Source: Squalus acanthias
Taxonomy: Eukaryota
Length of the DNA stretch: 64,000 nucleotides
Assembly (NCBI GenBank): GCA_030390025.1
Contig: CM059432.1
Span: 51,834,001-51,898,000 of the forward strand
Direction of reading: 5' to 3'
Shown here: piece by piece, positions 38,663-50,724 of the stretch
How the letters are laid out: each line of letters begins with the position of its first letter
Numbering within the stretch: position 1 is the first letter of the stretch
Notes under the pieces: model-generated
Seen by the model: the letters and a program-made list of their open reading frames with translations, nothing else
What the model was told of the DNA's origin: nothing
The model's database searches: none
Position numbers and translations under genes: made by a program

Positions 38663-39336
38663 TGGAAAGAATGGGCTCCAAGCTCCGCAAAAAGCCCTGT
38701 GCCAAGTTGGTGCTGGGTTCCTCCATGCTCATTGACCACAGGCTTTCTGGTAGGCTTCCCACTGCACCAAGCATTTCAATGTGTATACCCATAGGCCTTC
38801 TTCTGTAGCCTGCCCCATCTGAGTCCTCTGCAGCAGAACTCGTGAGTGATCTCACCCTCTGGGGAGCTGGCACCTGCGCTCCTCTTACCCCCTGCCCTGG
38901 CTGCAGGCTACTCGTGCCCAGTGTCTCACCACATGCAGATCCCTCGCCTAAGCTATCCTCTAATTTATGTGGAGTGTCAGTATCTGAGCTGGTGGCTGCG
39001 AGTGTGAAATCGAATGACAGTGCTGTGTCTTCATCATCACTTCCTTCTCCCTTCTCCACCTGTTGCTCTGCCACTGCTGTCTGGCCAGGTTGTTGTTCTT
39101 GGGTATTGGAAAGGAGAAAGGCACAAGGGTAGGGTTGTGGTGCGGGGAGGGGGGAATGTAAGATGTGCATGCTTACACCATCTGCAGCTTTTAAATCAAA
39201 ACATATTGTGTGATGAGGGGGTAGTGGGATGTGAGAAGGAGGATTAGGTATGAGGACACCGTCATCTTGGATGGTTTCAGCCCCGCCACTGGCCACGGGC
39301 TCAGGGATTGCCGCTCCAGTTATGTCCAGCACCATT

Positions 39337-39530
39337 TGTGGTAACACAATACAGCTTCCTGTGACTCGAACTTTATTGCATCACTTCCTGTGATTAGTCC
39401 AGGATAAATACTGGACTGATCAGTTGGATCCTGGCGAGGCATAGAGTAAGATCTCTTTTGTATGTAGCACCTTTTTAGTTGATTAAAGCTTACTTTAAGT
39501 TCACCACGCGTAAGGCTCATTCTTACGACA
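39337..39530 (+). repeat. 5' LTR
   Basis: tgtggtaac...ttacgaca. Three substitutions relative to the 3' LTR by eye. Confidence 0.97.
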
Positions 39531-39608
39531 ATTTAATCAACTTTGGAAAACTTCGCACTCAAACTTTTTGGACGAACTCGGAACTAAGGATCCAGGGAAT
39601 CACCCATC

Positions 39609-41459
39609 ATGGAAAACATCCTTAAACCATCGCGTCTTGACTTGGACCCAAACACCCCAGCAGCCGGTAAGGTGTGGAAACACTGGTATCGCACGTTTGA
39701 CAATTTTCTTGAATATTGTAAGGCTGATGATAACTCAAAGTTACGGATACTCATCAACTGTGTCACCCCGAATGTATTTCAGTATGTGGAGAAATGGGAC
39801 AGTTACGAGGAGGCAATTCGGACGCTTAAGAGACTATATACTAAGACACCGAATGAGGTCTATGCCAGACATCTACTAGCTACAGCCCAACAAGGGCCGA
39901 AGGAATCCATTGATAAATTCCTCCAAGAGCTTCGCAGACTTAGTATGGACTGTAACTTTCGGGCGGCCTCAGCTGAGCTGTACCATGAAGAAATGATCCG
40001 TGATGCTTTCATCTGCGGGCTTGCCTCCCCATTTATACGCCAGTGTCTACTGGAAAGTAAGACACTTGAGCTTCAGAAAGCTTATGACATGGCTTGCTCT
40101 CTAGATCTGGCAAAAAGAAATGCAGACCTTTATACAGTGCCCAGACCTCGGTCTACTGCCTTAACTACAGTCAGGCAATTTAAGAGGCCACAGGTAAACT
40201 CTATTAGGGAGGTCTTTATCCCTGACGATCAATCTGATGACTTCACTGATGAAGAGGATGATGACCCCACTGTGGCAGCCTCTTGGCAATCTAAGAAATG
40301 CTTCTTTTGTGGTGATGAGTTCCACCCTCGGAAATTCTGCCCTGCTCGCAATGCGTTTTGCAGTCATTGCAACAAAAAGGGTCATTTTGCAAAGGTTTGC
40401 CTATCAAGAGCCTCTACGAGGGCTTATCAAGCTAAGTCCTACCGAACTGCCCCGGTAAGGGCCTATCAAGATGTTCCGGCTAAAATCTATCGTGCTTCCT
40501 CTCGAAGAAACACACCTAGAGTTTCAGCCACTCTTTGTGCAACGACACCAATTACAGCTGCTTGTCCTCAGAACCTATTCCATGCAGCTACAAAAGCATC
40601 AATTAATGGACATACTTTAGATGCCTTAATTGACTCAGGTAGCACTGATAGTTTCATTAGGGAACAGATTGTTGCAGAGTTAAAGCTACATGTTTTCCCA
40701 TCGGACCAGGCAGTTGCGATGGCTCAGTCATCACTTAATACCAGAATTTCTGGCTTTTGTATGGTTGAAATAACACTTAATGGTCGCAGGTATCCCTCCA
40801 CCCGGCTTTCGGTGCTCAAGGACTTATGTAGTGATCTTATCTTAGGGCTGGATTTTCAAAAGCAGCATAAGAAGCTCACCATTGAGTTCGGCGGATCCAA
40901 ACCTGAACTCACTATTTCTAATATACTACCTCGAGTACCGTTCTGTGCATTGTCAGCAGCTTCACTGGATGAACCCTCACTGTTTTCCAGTATCCCTCCT
41001 CGATGCAAACCGATTATAACAAAGTCACGACGTTTCAGTCAGGAAGACCAGTCTTTTATTGCGGCTGAGATTTCTCGGCTTTTAGCAGAGGATATCATCG
41101 AGCCTTGTTCGTCGCCATGGCGCGCCCAGGTCGTTATTGTTAAGAACCCTCTACAACCTCACAAGAAACGGCTGTGCATTGACTATTCACAGACCATCAA
41201 TCAATATACGGACTTGGACGCATACCCATTGCCGCGCATCGATGATATGGTTAATAAATTGGCTGAGTACACGGTGTTCTCAACATATGATCTAAAAAGT
41301 GCCTATCATCAGGTACCCTTGAAGGTCTCAGACAAGCAGTATACGGCCTTTGAAGCCAATGGACGGCTGTATCAATTTGTCGCCTCCCCTTTGGGGTCAC
41401 TAATGGAGTGGCTGTCTTCCAGCGAGCAATGGATGACCTGGTCAAACAGGAAGACTTGA
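39609..41459 (+). CDS. gag-pol: Gag-protease-RT N-terminal part of the polyprotein (true frame ends at about 41378)
   Basis: Two CCHC knuckles (CFFCGDEFHPRKFC, CSHCNKKGHFAKVC), protease LIDSGS, RT SPWRAQVVIV, RLCIDY, YPLPRID and YDLKSAYHQV. Confidence 0.93.
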   Translation: MENILKPSRLDLDPNTPAAGKVWKHWYRTFDNFLEYCKADDNSKLRILINCVTPNVFQYVEKWDSYEEAIRTLKRLYTKTPNEVYARHLLATAQQGPKESIDKFLQELRRLSMDCNFRAASAELYHEEMIRDAFICGLASPFIRQCLLESKTLELQKAYDMACSLDLAKRNADLYTVPRPRSTALTTVRQFKRPQVNSIREVFIPDDQSDDFTDEEDDDPTVAASWQSKKCFFCGDEFHPRKFCPARNAFCSHCNKKGHFAKVCLSRASTRAYQAKSYRTAPVRAYQDVPAKIYRASSRRNTPRVSATLCATTPITAACPQNLFHAATKASINGHTLDALIDSGSTDSFIREQIVAELKLHVFPSDQAVAMAQSSLNTRISGFCMVEITLNGRRYPSTRLSVLKDLCSDLILGLDFQKQHKKLTIEFGGSKPELTISNILPRVPFCALSAASLDEPSLFSSIPPRCKPIITKSRRFSQEDQSFIAAEISRLLAEDIIEPCSSPWRAQVVIVKNPLQPHKKRLCIDYSQTINQYTDLDAYPLPRIDDMVNKLAEYTVFSTYDLKSAYHQVPLKVSDKQYTAFEANGRLYQFVASPLGSLMEWLSSSEQWMTWSNRKT

Positions 41460-43543
41460 AGGATACGTTTCCTTATCTGGACAATATTACTGTCGCAGGT
41501 CGCAATCAGCGGGAACATGACGCCAATCTCCAACGATTTTGGGACGCACTCCAGCACCGTAATTTGACATTAAATGCAGCTAAATCCATTGAGTCACAAC
41601 CAACCATCAACATCCTTGGCTATTGTGTGGGCAATGGCATCATTAAACCTGACCCTGAAAGGCTTCGCCCACTCCAAGAACTCCCGCCACCTAAGAATCC
41701 GGCCTCCTTGTGCCGGGCCCTCGGCCTGTTTGCATACTATGCTAAATGGATTCCTAACTTCTCGAACCGAATCCAACCTCTACTGAAGGCCAGCACATTC
41801 CCACTAGACACAGCGGCTGTTGCAGCCTTTAACCTCCTGAAAAAACAGTTGGAGAAAGCGACTCTTCACTCCATCGACGAGAGTCTTCCTTTTGTCGTTG
41901 AGTGTGATGCCTCGGAGGTGGCGATCTCGGCCACTCTGAATCAGGAAGGTCGTCCGGTGGCATTTTTGTCCAGGACTTTTCAAGGGGCTGAGCTACATTA
42001 TCCTCCAGTCGAGAAAGAAGCTACAGCCATCATAGAGGCAGTACGGAAGTGGAGTCATCTCCTAGCTCGCCAGCACTTTACCTTAATCACGGACCAGCGA
42101 TCGGTCGCCTTCATGCTCGATAATCGAAAACGGACCAAAATTAAAAATAATAAAATCCAGCTTTGGCGGCTGGAATTGGCCTCTTTTGGTTACACCATCC
42201 ACTATCGACCTGGCAAGGAGAATGTGGCTCCGGATACCCTCACACGAGCATTCTGCTCCGCCATGGCACCCTCTACGCTCGTAGACATCCATGATGGGTT
42301 GTGTCATCCGGGCGTTACTCGCATGCTACACTTCGTGCGGTCCCGAAATCTCCCATTCTCTACCGGGGATGTAAAGAAGATGTGCTCGGACTGCAGAGTC
42401 TGTGCGGAATTGAAACCTCGGTTTTTCCGCCCCTCGGGTGGTATACTCATACATGCGACCCAGCCAATGCAACGGCTTAGCATCGATTTTAAGGGGCCGT
42501 TGCCCTCTTCAACTCGCAACATTTATCTATTGGCCATGGTTGATGAGTATTCCCGTTTTCCGTTTGCCTTTCCCTGCCCCAATATGCTGACGACCACGGT
42601 TATCAGCTGCCTTGAGCAGGTATTTGCTTTCTGTGGCATGGCATCCTATGTTCATTCGGATCGGGGCCCTTCTTTTATGTCAGGAGAACTCAAGGCCTAT
42701 CTCTCGGAACGGGGTATTGCTGCCAGCAAAACGACGCCTTATCACCCGGTCGGGAATGGGCAAGTCGAGCGTTTTAACGCTATCATCTGGAATGCGGTAC
42801 GTCTGGCTTTGAGATCTCGGGGCCTACCCAACCAGCAATGGGAAGCAGTACTTCCAGACGCATTACACTCCACACGGTCCCTCCTTTCGACCGCCACAAA
42901 TATGACGCCTCATGAACGGTTCTTCCGATTTCAGCGTCGCTCATCCTATGGGATATCTCTCCCATCGTGGCTGACTGCACCGGGACCAGTGCTACTCCGA
43001 AGATATGTCCGGGCGTCTAAGAATGACCCCCTGGTAGATGAGGTTGAGCTCACTGACGTCAACCCTACCTACGCCTATATTCGGTATCCTGACGGTTGGG
43101 AATCTACCGTGTCATTGCGGGATCTGGCTCCCTGCCCGCCGAAACATAGAGGGACACCAGGGGATGATATTGTACCAGGCACATCTCTGGGCTCGCCAGG
43201 TGCCTCTCATCACGATCTGTATCTGACGCCGGCTGGTACCTCACTCCAGCGTGCCGACCTGGGGCAGACTGACTATGAGCCCGTCGGGGCTCGCACGCGC
43301 AGCCACGATCCACCCCGTACCGTACGCTCGGAAACGGATCTGCCACAGCCCTGCCCGACACCCGTTCGGGCACCAGTACACAGTCAGAATCGTCCTGACC
43401 CCTCACAGAGCGGGCTGGATCACTCGGACTCTGGTCCACGGCCCGCGGCGGGTAAACGGGCTAGGGGCCCTCTACCGCTACGAGAACCCAAACGGGTGTG
43501 GCTCTCCCTCGTCCAGCGGCTACGAAATGGAGGGAGAATGTGA
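41379..43543 (+). CDS. pol: Pol C-terminal part (RT, RNase H, integrase) after a 1-nt frameshift
   Basis: RLPFGVTNGVAVFQR, YLDN, RNase H VECDAS...EKEA..TDQ, integrase H-H-C-C, IDFKGP, HSDRG and NGQVERFN. Confidence 0.93.
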
Positions 43544-43609
43544 TAACACAATACAGCTTCCTGTGACTCGAACTTCATCCCGGCCTCCTAATCTTTTGGG
43601 GGGGGAGAA

Positions 43610-43803
43610 TGTGGTAACACAATACAGCTTCCTGTAACTCGAACTTTATTGCATCACTTCCTGTGATTAGTCCAGGATAAATACTGGACTGATCAGTTGG
43701 ATCCTGGAGAGGCATAGAGTAAGACCTCTTTTGTATGTAGCACCTTTTTAGTTGATTAAAGCTTACTTTAAGTTCACCACGCGTAAGGCTCATTCTTACG
43801 ACA
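43610..43803 (+). repeat. 3' LTR
   Basis: Follows the PPT and is the same length as the 5' LTR. Confidence 0.97.
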
Positions 43804-44770
43804 CCGTTTCTTCCATGAGGTTTTGGGCATGCAGATACGTCTCTCCCCCTACAGATAGCCCCTGCTGTCTCCGGTTATGTGCCAACTTGTCCTGCAAGAG
43901 AGAGGGAAGTCTGTCAGTGAGTGTGGTGCAATGTGTTTGGGTAATGTGCTTGACATGGTTGAATAGCTGGCAGTGTGTGCAAGCTGTGAGATGTGGGTGT
44001 GAGACAGTGCTACGTTTGTGAGGGTGAGGTGAAGCTTTGAATGTGAGGTATGAGTCATGTTTGATAGAGATTGTTGGTGGTGAGTGATGGGGGTGCATTG
44101 AGCAGTGAGTGAGGCTAGTGGTGCAGTTGGTGGGATAAGGCATTTGAAGCTGAATTCACTGACCTAGACCATTTGTGTGAGGATATTGAACATCTTGCGA
44201 CACTGCATCCAGGTCCTTGGGGCTTGACTCCTGGCATTGACCGCCATGGCTACCTGCCCCCACTCCTTTCGCAGAGTTTGTCTGGAGGGCCTCCCGACCC
44301 CCTATGGATAGAGGACCTCTCTCCTCCTGTGCACCTCTTTCACCAAGGCCTCCAGTGCATCTCTCCCCTGTTGCGCCATTAGTCACTCTACTTACAGGTC
44401 AGACTCTCTTTCCAGCCACTTCCAGCACCTGCTCCAGCCAGAATATACCTTCCCTTTAAGAGGTGCAGGCTGGCTTTAAGTAGTCCAGGCTAGCTTTAAG
44501 TGGTGCTAGCCTTGCACAAACATGGGACCCCTGTTGAGGCATGCAGCCATTCCACAGCGCGTTTAGCATTAGGTGCAAGCTGCAATCATTTAAATTAGCA
44601 GGCTGCATGAAGTTTGCATGCTGCCTGCATCGGACTCAATGGGTGTGGGCTAATCGCGCATCACAATACCCGCGCCCGTTTTCGGGGGCTATCGAATTTA
44701 GCCCCCCATGACTACATGGTGAAATACAGTGTCAGGGGCCTGAGTTATAAGGAAAGACTGAAGAAACTTG

Positions 44771-45163
44771 GGGCTCAATCTTAACCCCAAAAACGAGTAG
44801 GTTGAGGGTGGGTGAGATGTTAAAAGTTTAAAAATCTCAAACCCAACCCCAACCCACCTCTGGGTTTAATGGAGGCAGGACACAGGTACAGGCAGCCAAC
44901 CCACTCCCAGGAGGCAGGTTGGCTATTTAAATATTTTATGAGGTTGTCAGACCGGGATTCCCAGACCTACTCCTGCGGCCTGCTCCGGAGTGCTCCCCGC
45001 CCAACTGGAAACCAAGCTTCTCAATCAAGCTGACTTCTGGGCAGGGAACCTACAGAAAAAAAACTGTGGAGTCAAAACTCCACAGCATGCGGGGAAACCT
45101 GAACTTCTGGGTTTCCCGACAGAACCCCCGCCTGCGCAACCCGCACCTGTCAAGATCGGGGCC
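44771..45163. mobile_element. MITE with 3-bp TSD
   Basis: Imperfect TIR gggctcaatctt / aagatcggggcc with TSD TTG. Sits in a short CR1 remnant. Confidence 0.7.
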
Positions 45164-47639
45164 TTGGGCTTTCACGGCCTTGCAAATGAGAAGGTTATTT
45201 TTAAACAGGTTATGTTATAACATGGATGTAATTCTAATGAAGTTACTTGACCTTGGGTTACAAAAACTTTTCAAATTCAAGTGAAAATAATTCAAGTGAA
45301 AACAGTTCATGTACATCATTAATGTATCGTATAAATAAAATAACTAACTTGGAATTGATAAAACTGTTCAGAATGTCTTAAATATGGCACAATTCCAGTG
45401 TAGCAGTGACAAATCCAATACAGTTTCAACTGATTCCACCAAAGCCTCCCCAAAGCGATGAACCAGCATAACAGTACAGAATGCCTAATAATCTACTGCC
45501 TCACTGATCAGAAGGTTACAGCATGCACAGCAGATGTCCGGCAGAACTTTCAACTTCGGCGGGTACATAAGACAGGTGGTAGCTGATCAGCCACCCATTA
45601 GACACACTGCCCGATTGTCCTTTCCATGACTTCGATGAAAATGAAAATCGGGCGGAGTGTATAACGTGCGGCCGATCCACTAGCACCCATTTTACACCCC
45701 TGCCGATGTTGAAACTTCCACCCTATAGGGTAGTCTCTGCCTCTGAGCAGTGTTCGGGCGAGCGCCTGATAGTTCCGATTTTGATGCCCAGATCTCATTT
45801 GCATAGGGCTGACGGGCTGACGGGCTGAAAACGAGCACCCCAGGGCAGCTCAACGGCTTCAGGCCACCACAATATCACCCGGCCTCCGGCTAAAAGAAGA
45901 TGAGTCAGGGGAAGTCCGTTCTCAGAAGGAAGAGGACACGGTGCGACAGTGGCCCAGGTTATTTTCAAAGAGAACAAAGTAGCACACCTGCTCCTGTTGG
46001 CCCCACAAAAATAAATTAAAACTTACCTATTCAATTCCTCTTCGACTGGACCGTCAGCTAAAACAGTGTGTAGTACGCCCAGCGCTGCCTTAAAATGTCA
46101 ATTGGAGTCCTATGTACATCAAAGGACCTCGTTTTACATACTAAAAGGGCCTACAACCTGACTCAGGCGGGTGGTCCGGCTGCTCAGCAGTAGGCCCTGG
46201 GAAAGATAGGGATGCTGTCAGCAGAAACGGGGCAGTAAGACATTCCCCACCATTTTCGGGGCTCTATTATCCCGTTTCTGCTGGGTGGGAGGCCTAAAAA
46301 TCTCCCTTGTCGTTTCTATGTCAACCTACCTACCGGCCTAATCCCAACTCCTTTGATCAGTACACAAAGCATTGGTAGATGTAACGTGTGTGGGTGGGTG
46401 GTCCCACATGCACTGGGCATTCCAGGTTTCTCTGAAATTCAGACAACTGCAAATGCAGTACATACTGCAGCATGTTCATTCTTGTGCATTCACAGTGGTA
46501 CTTTGAGTTTTGAACAAAGTCAGAGCACCCAATTTTGTCCAAGCAGTACAAACTGGACAACATAACTAAGGTTGCATTATTCACGATACTGATAAGTTAG
46601 ACGTAAAAGGAGCATTAACCAATTCAGTAGTGATACCTCACATCGAAGCTGGAAAATATATGTAGTATGATTACAGTTTAAATCTAAGCAAATAATTTGA
46701 GAACCTCTCATTGCTATGCCTACGGTAAGTGTTCAGTTTAAATTTGCAACAATAGCAGAACATTTTATCATCATGATCTGGAGATTGTTTTGTCTTCCAA
46801 TTGACCTAGTTAGGAATTAGAATTGTGTATCAAAGTAAGAGGACTAAAAGGAAATATTTAAATCCCAAACTCAAAAACAAGAGTGTCCAAAATTAGACAA
46901 AACCTGCAAAATCAGATGGCCGAGGGAAGTGAGAATATTTTGAACAACTGAAGACATCTGAAAGAGTTCTATTGGTAGTTCACAGTTCACAGACTCCTTC
47001 CATTGCTCTTCCCCCATCTTCACTTCTCTGCATGATCACTGAGCAACATCTAGCCCACATGTCCCAGGCTAAATAGGCAGATTTTAATCCAAGGCTGTGT
47101 ACTGGCAAAAAAATAAAAACAAGTGCTGCCTGTTGAATAACATATTCCATACACAATTTGTTTTCAGAAATTAATGAACTATTTTTTGTATGCTTCATTC
47201 ATTATTAACTCAAAAGGAACAGCTGATGCCAGTCAGACCAGATTGTAATAGCTTCTCTTCCTTAATTGGTGAATGCCCGCTTCAGGATCTAGATTGGAAA
47301 AATTCATCAGCTATACCTATGGAGTAGCAGATGATTTTTGACACATGTAATGATGAATATAGCTGGTACTGTCTAAAGTGATGATCATTATTTCCATCAA
47401 TGAAATTTTGTCATGGACTTCCCAACTTTCCTCTGAGCTGTCATCTTCTCCATATAGCTTATGCACAAGTGGAAAAGAGAATAATATAGACACTGAAAGA
47501 AAAATAATCAAAAGAGTTATACCAGAAGGATATAAAATGTAGTGAGGGAAACTCTTGTCCTGTATGGGATATTAAGTCAGCATGTCTCATTCTTGGAGTT
47601 TACCACTTACGTTTTGCAGAGATATACTTGTAAAGATAT

Positions 47640-49990
47640 GGGCCTAGAAATTCCCCGTTGTAGTGCTGGCCGTTAAGGCCGGTTTTGTTGAAAAAATGAC
47701 GGGTGCCTCACTTCTGCCTGCTTCCAGCACGGGACAAGGCGGCCACCATTTTGGTGAGGGACATAGCGCTGACGTTGCCAGCGTTGGCCTCTCAAATTTA
47801 AATGAGCTGATCGTGATGTCAGTCGGCGTGCAACGCCTGTTTTGACGCCAAGACTGCGATTTTGGATGTCACTGCACGCCATAACAGCCTGTCCTAACTA
47901 CGCAAAGAAAAATGTGCGTGAAGTAGCCCTGCAGAGACGCTGTCAGTGCTTCTTAAAGGGACACACACATCTTTCAGGTAAGTTTGGATTTCAGCTTTTG
48001 GACTTTTTTTAATATTTTATTGAAGTAGTGGCTTGGTGCAATACATTTAAAAAGTTGTTAAAGTGTGCAGGGAGTGCTGCTGGACACTTGCAAGGCTTTA
48101 GATGGTAAAGGAAGGCCTCTGAGAAAACAGAAAATGCTGTAAATATTAAGCAGGTCAGGCAGCATCTGTGGAGAGAGAAACAGAGTTAACATTTCAAGTC
48201 AAGATGCTGCCTGACCTGCTGAGTATTTCCAGCATTTTCAGCCTTTATTTCAGATCTCCAGCATCCGAAGTATTTTGCATTTGAGAAGACCACTTGCTCA
48301 CAGTCCTGGGCAGCACATGGAGATGAAGCAGAGACTGCAAAGGGGACAAGCTGCTCACAGAGGGAAGAGGTAGAAGCAGAAAAGGAAGAAGCAGAAGAGG
48401 AGGAAGCGGAAGGAAGGATGCAACCCAGACAGCCCTTTTCTGGTCAGGATATCTGTGATGGAATCTGGCAGTACCAGTGACCACAACCCCAATTCCCCTT
48501 TCAAAATTTGTCCCAAATCTTACCTTCCCACTGTTACTGACCATCTTGGCCACAATGCTGAAATAAAAGCCACAACAAAGCAAACTTTCCAATCCAATTT
48601 TATCCATATATGCATAGAATATTACATCAAAAAATCAACTAATCACCCTTGTGCATTCCCTTAGTGACTGTCTTGCAAATGCCTTTTCCTTTCCTAGTCA
48701 TGTCGCGCAGTGCTACCCCAGTGGCTACAGCATGGCTGGTGGAAGGCTGCTGACTTTCAGTGGGGGACACTGCAGATGGCCTTGCAGGATGATCTCAAGA
48801 AACTGGTGGCTGGGAGTGTCAAATCGAGTGATGGTGTTTCTTATTCTTATTCTTCTTCACTCTCCTCTTCCTCTTCTTGGTCAACCACTGGCTGGGCAGC
48901 CTGGATTTCTTGGGTGACTGAAATGAGGAAGGCACAAGGGTAGGGTTGTGATGAGGGAAGAGCGGGAAAGCAAGAGATACATGCTTACACCATGTGCAGC
49001 TTGTATATCAGAAGAGATTGTGGGATGTGGGGGAAGTGGGATATGAGAAGGAGGATAACATATGAGGATACCAGCATCTTGTATTCTTTCAGCCTCGCCG
49101 CTGGCCAAGGGCTCAGCCATGCCCCTATCAAGAATGGCCTGCACCATCTCCTCCAAGGGGGTGAGGTGAAGATAGGAATGTGAGATGTGCCTCGTGTTTG
49201 GTAGAGATTGTTAGTAAATAAGTGATGGTGGGGGGGTCGTGCATTAAGCAGTGTGTGAGGCAAGTGGTGGAGTTGGTAGGAGACAGCTTTTGAAGATGCA
49301 TTCACTGATCTTGACCACTGGTCTGAGGTCATGAAGCTTCTTTGGGCACTGGAGCCAGGTCATGGGGGCGACACTGCTGGCAGTGACGGCCTCGGTGATC
49401 TGGTCCTGCATCCTTCTTTCTGGAGGGCCTCCTTTCCCTCTGTGGATAGAGGGCCTTTCTTCCAGTGTTGACCCCCTGCACAAAGCTGGGGTGCTGCATG
49501 CAAGACCCTGGGTGCCCTTTTCTTGGCCTGATGAGCCATTTGTGTTGGTGCTGAAGCACTTTTACCATTTTTTTACGTGCAGACGGCTGTTCAGCTTTAA
49601 CAGCTGAAGACTGCCATTTTGAAATTATTTTTAATGCTGTTTTTTCAGAAGGCAGTTGAGCTCTATGAGCTAAAGACTACCTATTTTTAAATGATTTTTT
49701 ATTTTTTTATTTTAGAAGGCAGTTCCCCTTTAAGGGCTCAAGACTGCTTTCTAAAATGAAAGCCTAGCTTTAAGAAAAATGCTGCCTCGCTCCAGGAACG
49801 CTACGGTCACACTATATTGGGCCTCCTGCCTGAAACAGCGTGTTGCATGGTAGGTTCTGCGCTGCAATCATTTAAATCAGCAGGCAGCACTAAAATAATG
49901 GTGCTGCCTGCGCTCTTTTTATGGGCATGAGTTAACCTCGCCCTGCAGTGACACCGCCCGTTTTCATGCATTATCCGATTTCTAGACTCA
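47640..49990 (+). mobile_element. Non-autonomous Harbinger derivative (transposase mostly deleted, Myb-like relic on the minus strand)
   Basis: Termini ggcctagaaattc / gatttctagactc. Minus-strand PMTWLQCPKKLHDL...VK relic at about 49300-49540. Paralogous to 57770-59940. Confidence 0.75.
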
Positions 49991-50652
49991 TGGAATATTA
50001 ACTCAAAGGCCCTCAAATTCCATGGGGTTCTGCTGCTCTCCTGCAGTAACTCCAGCAGAAGACTGGCAGAGCTTTTAAGGAAATGGCATAAGTGGCCATT
50101 TTCCCCCATACATGCTATTTCCCTGGGTGTTTTATCAGTCTCCTGCCAGAGTTACAGTGGGAGACCTATAGAAACCCCATGTAAATTCAAAGGCAAAAAG
50201 CCCGATTTTAACCCTGTCCAACCTATGGAAACAGGGCAGTTGAGTGGTTATAATAGCGATAGAGGACTTACCACTGCATTCCTGATGTTCTCCCGCCTGC
50301 CGCCATTTTAACCATGCACTTTTTGGCGTCGCCTGACCGATATTACTTTGTGTGAGGCAGCAGTTTTCTTTTCATGACTTCATGAAGTCCTCATCTCTGT
50401 CCTGCTCAGCAGAGCTGGGAGAGGACCTCGCCCTTCGGCGAGCTGTCTCCTGCACTGTGTCACTGTCAGCAGTTCCTGAGGCTTCTCACTCGTACTGGGT
50501 GTTTCATCACTTGGAGACCCCTCACTATCTAACCCCGCAGAGAGCCAATGTCTGTGCTGGTGCTTGGGAGGGATGGAGTGCATGACAAGGTGTCTTCTGC
50601 AGGAGGCTCGTGCTGCCGAAAAGGACTCAGTGGAAATAGAAAAGGGACAAGA

Positions 50653-50724
50653 GTTAGGAGATCACTGAGAGAGATAATTGTTCGGAGATCACTGAGAGGG
50701 ATAATTGTTAGGAGATCACTGAGA
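50653..50724. repeat. 27-bp tandem repeat, about 2.7 copies
   Basis: gttaggagatcactgagagagataatt units start at 50653, 50680 and 50707. Confidence 0.85.

Larger units (their letters stand above)
39337..43803 (+). mobile_element. Full-length Ty3/Gypsy LTR retrotransposon
   Basis: Two 194-bp TG...CA LTRs, a 5-bp TSD ccatt/ccgtt, a PPT ggggggggagaa and domain order gag-PR-RT-RH-IN. Confidence 0.97.
37805..44706 (-). pseudogene. Decayed Harbinger element (Myb-like gene relic plus terminus) hosting CR1 and Gypsy insertions
   Basis: Exon-1 relic at about 44160-44378 (PRTWMQCRKMFN). Exon-2 relic QDKLAHNRRQQ...EET / MVLDITG is split by the LTR element. Exon-3 relic at 37805-39100. Terminus gaatttagcccc at about 44694-44706. 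Confidence 0.8.

Noticed and set aside
41370..41410. Programmed ribosomal frameshift between the Gypsy ORFs
   Set aside because: The break is in the middle of RT, has no slippery heptamer, and is explained by a 1-nt deletion.
47317..47492. Possible minus-strand host exon (good polypyrimidine-AG acceptor; similar at 46980-47100)
   Set aside because: All frames hit stops and no protein similarity was recognised. A non-coding or terminal exon cannot be excluded without RNA data.
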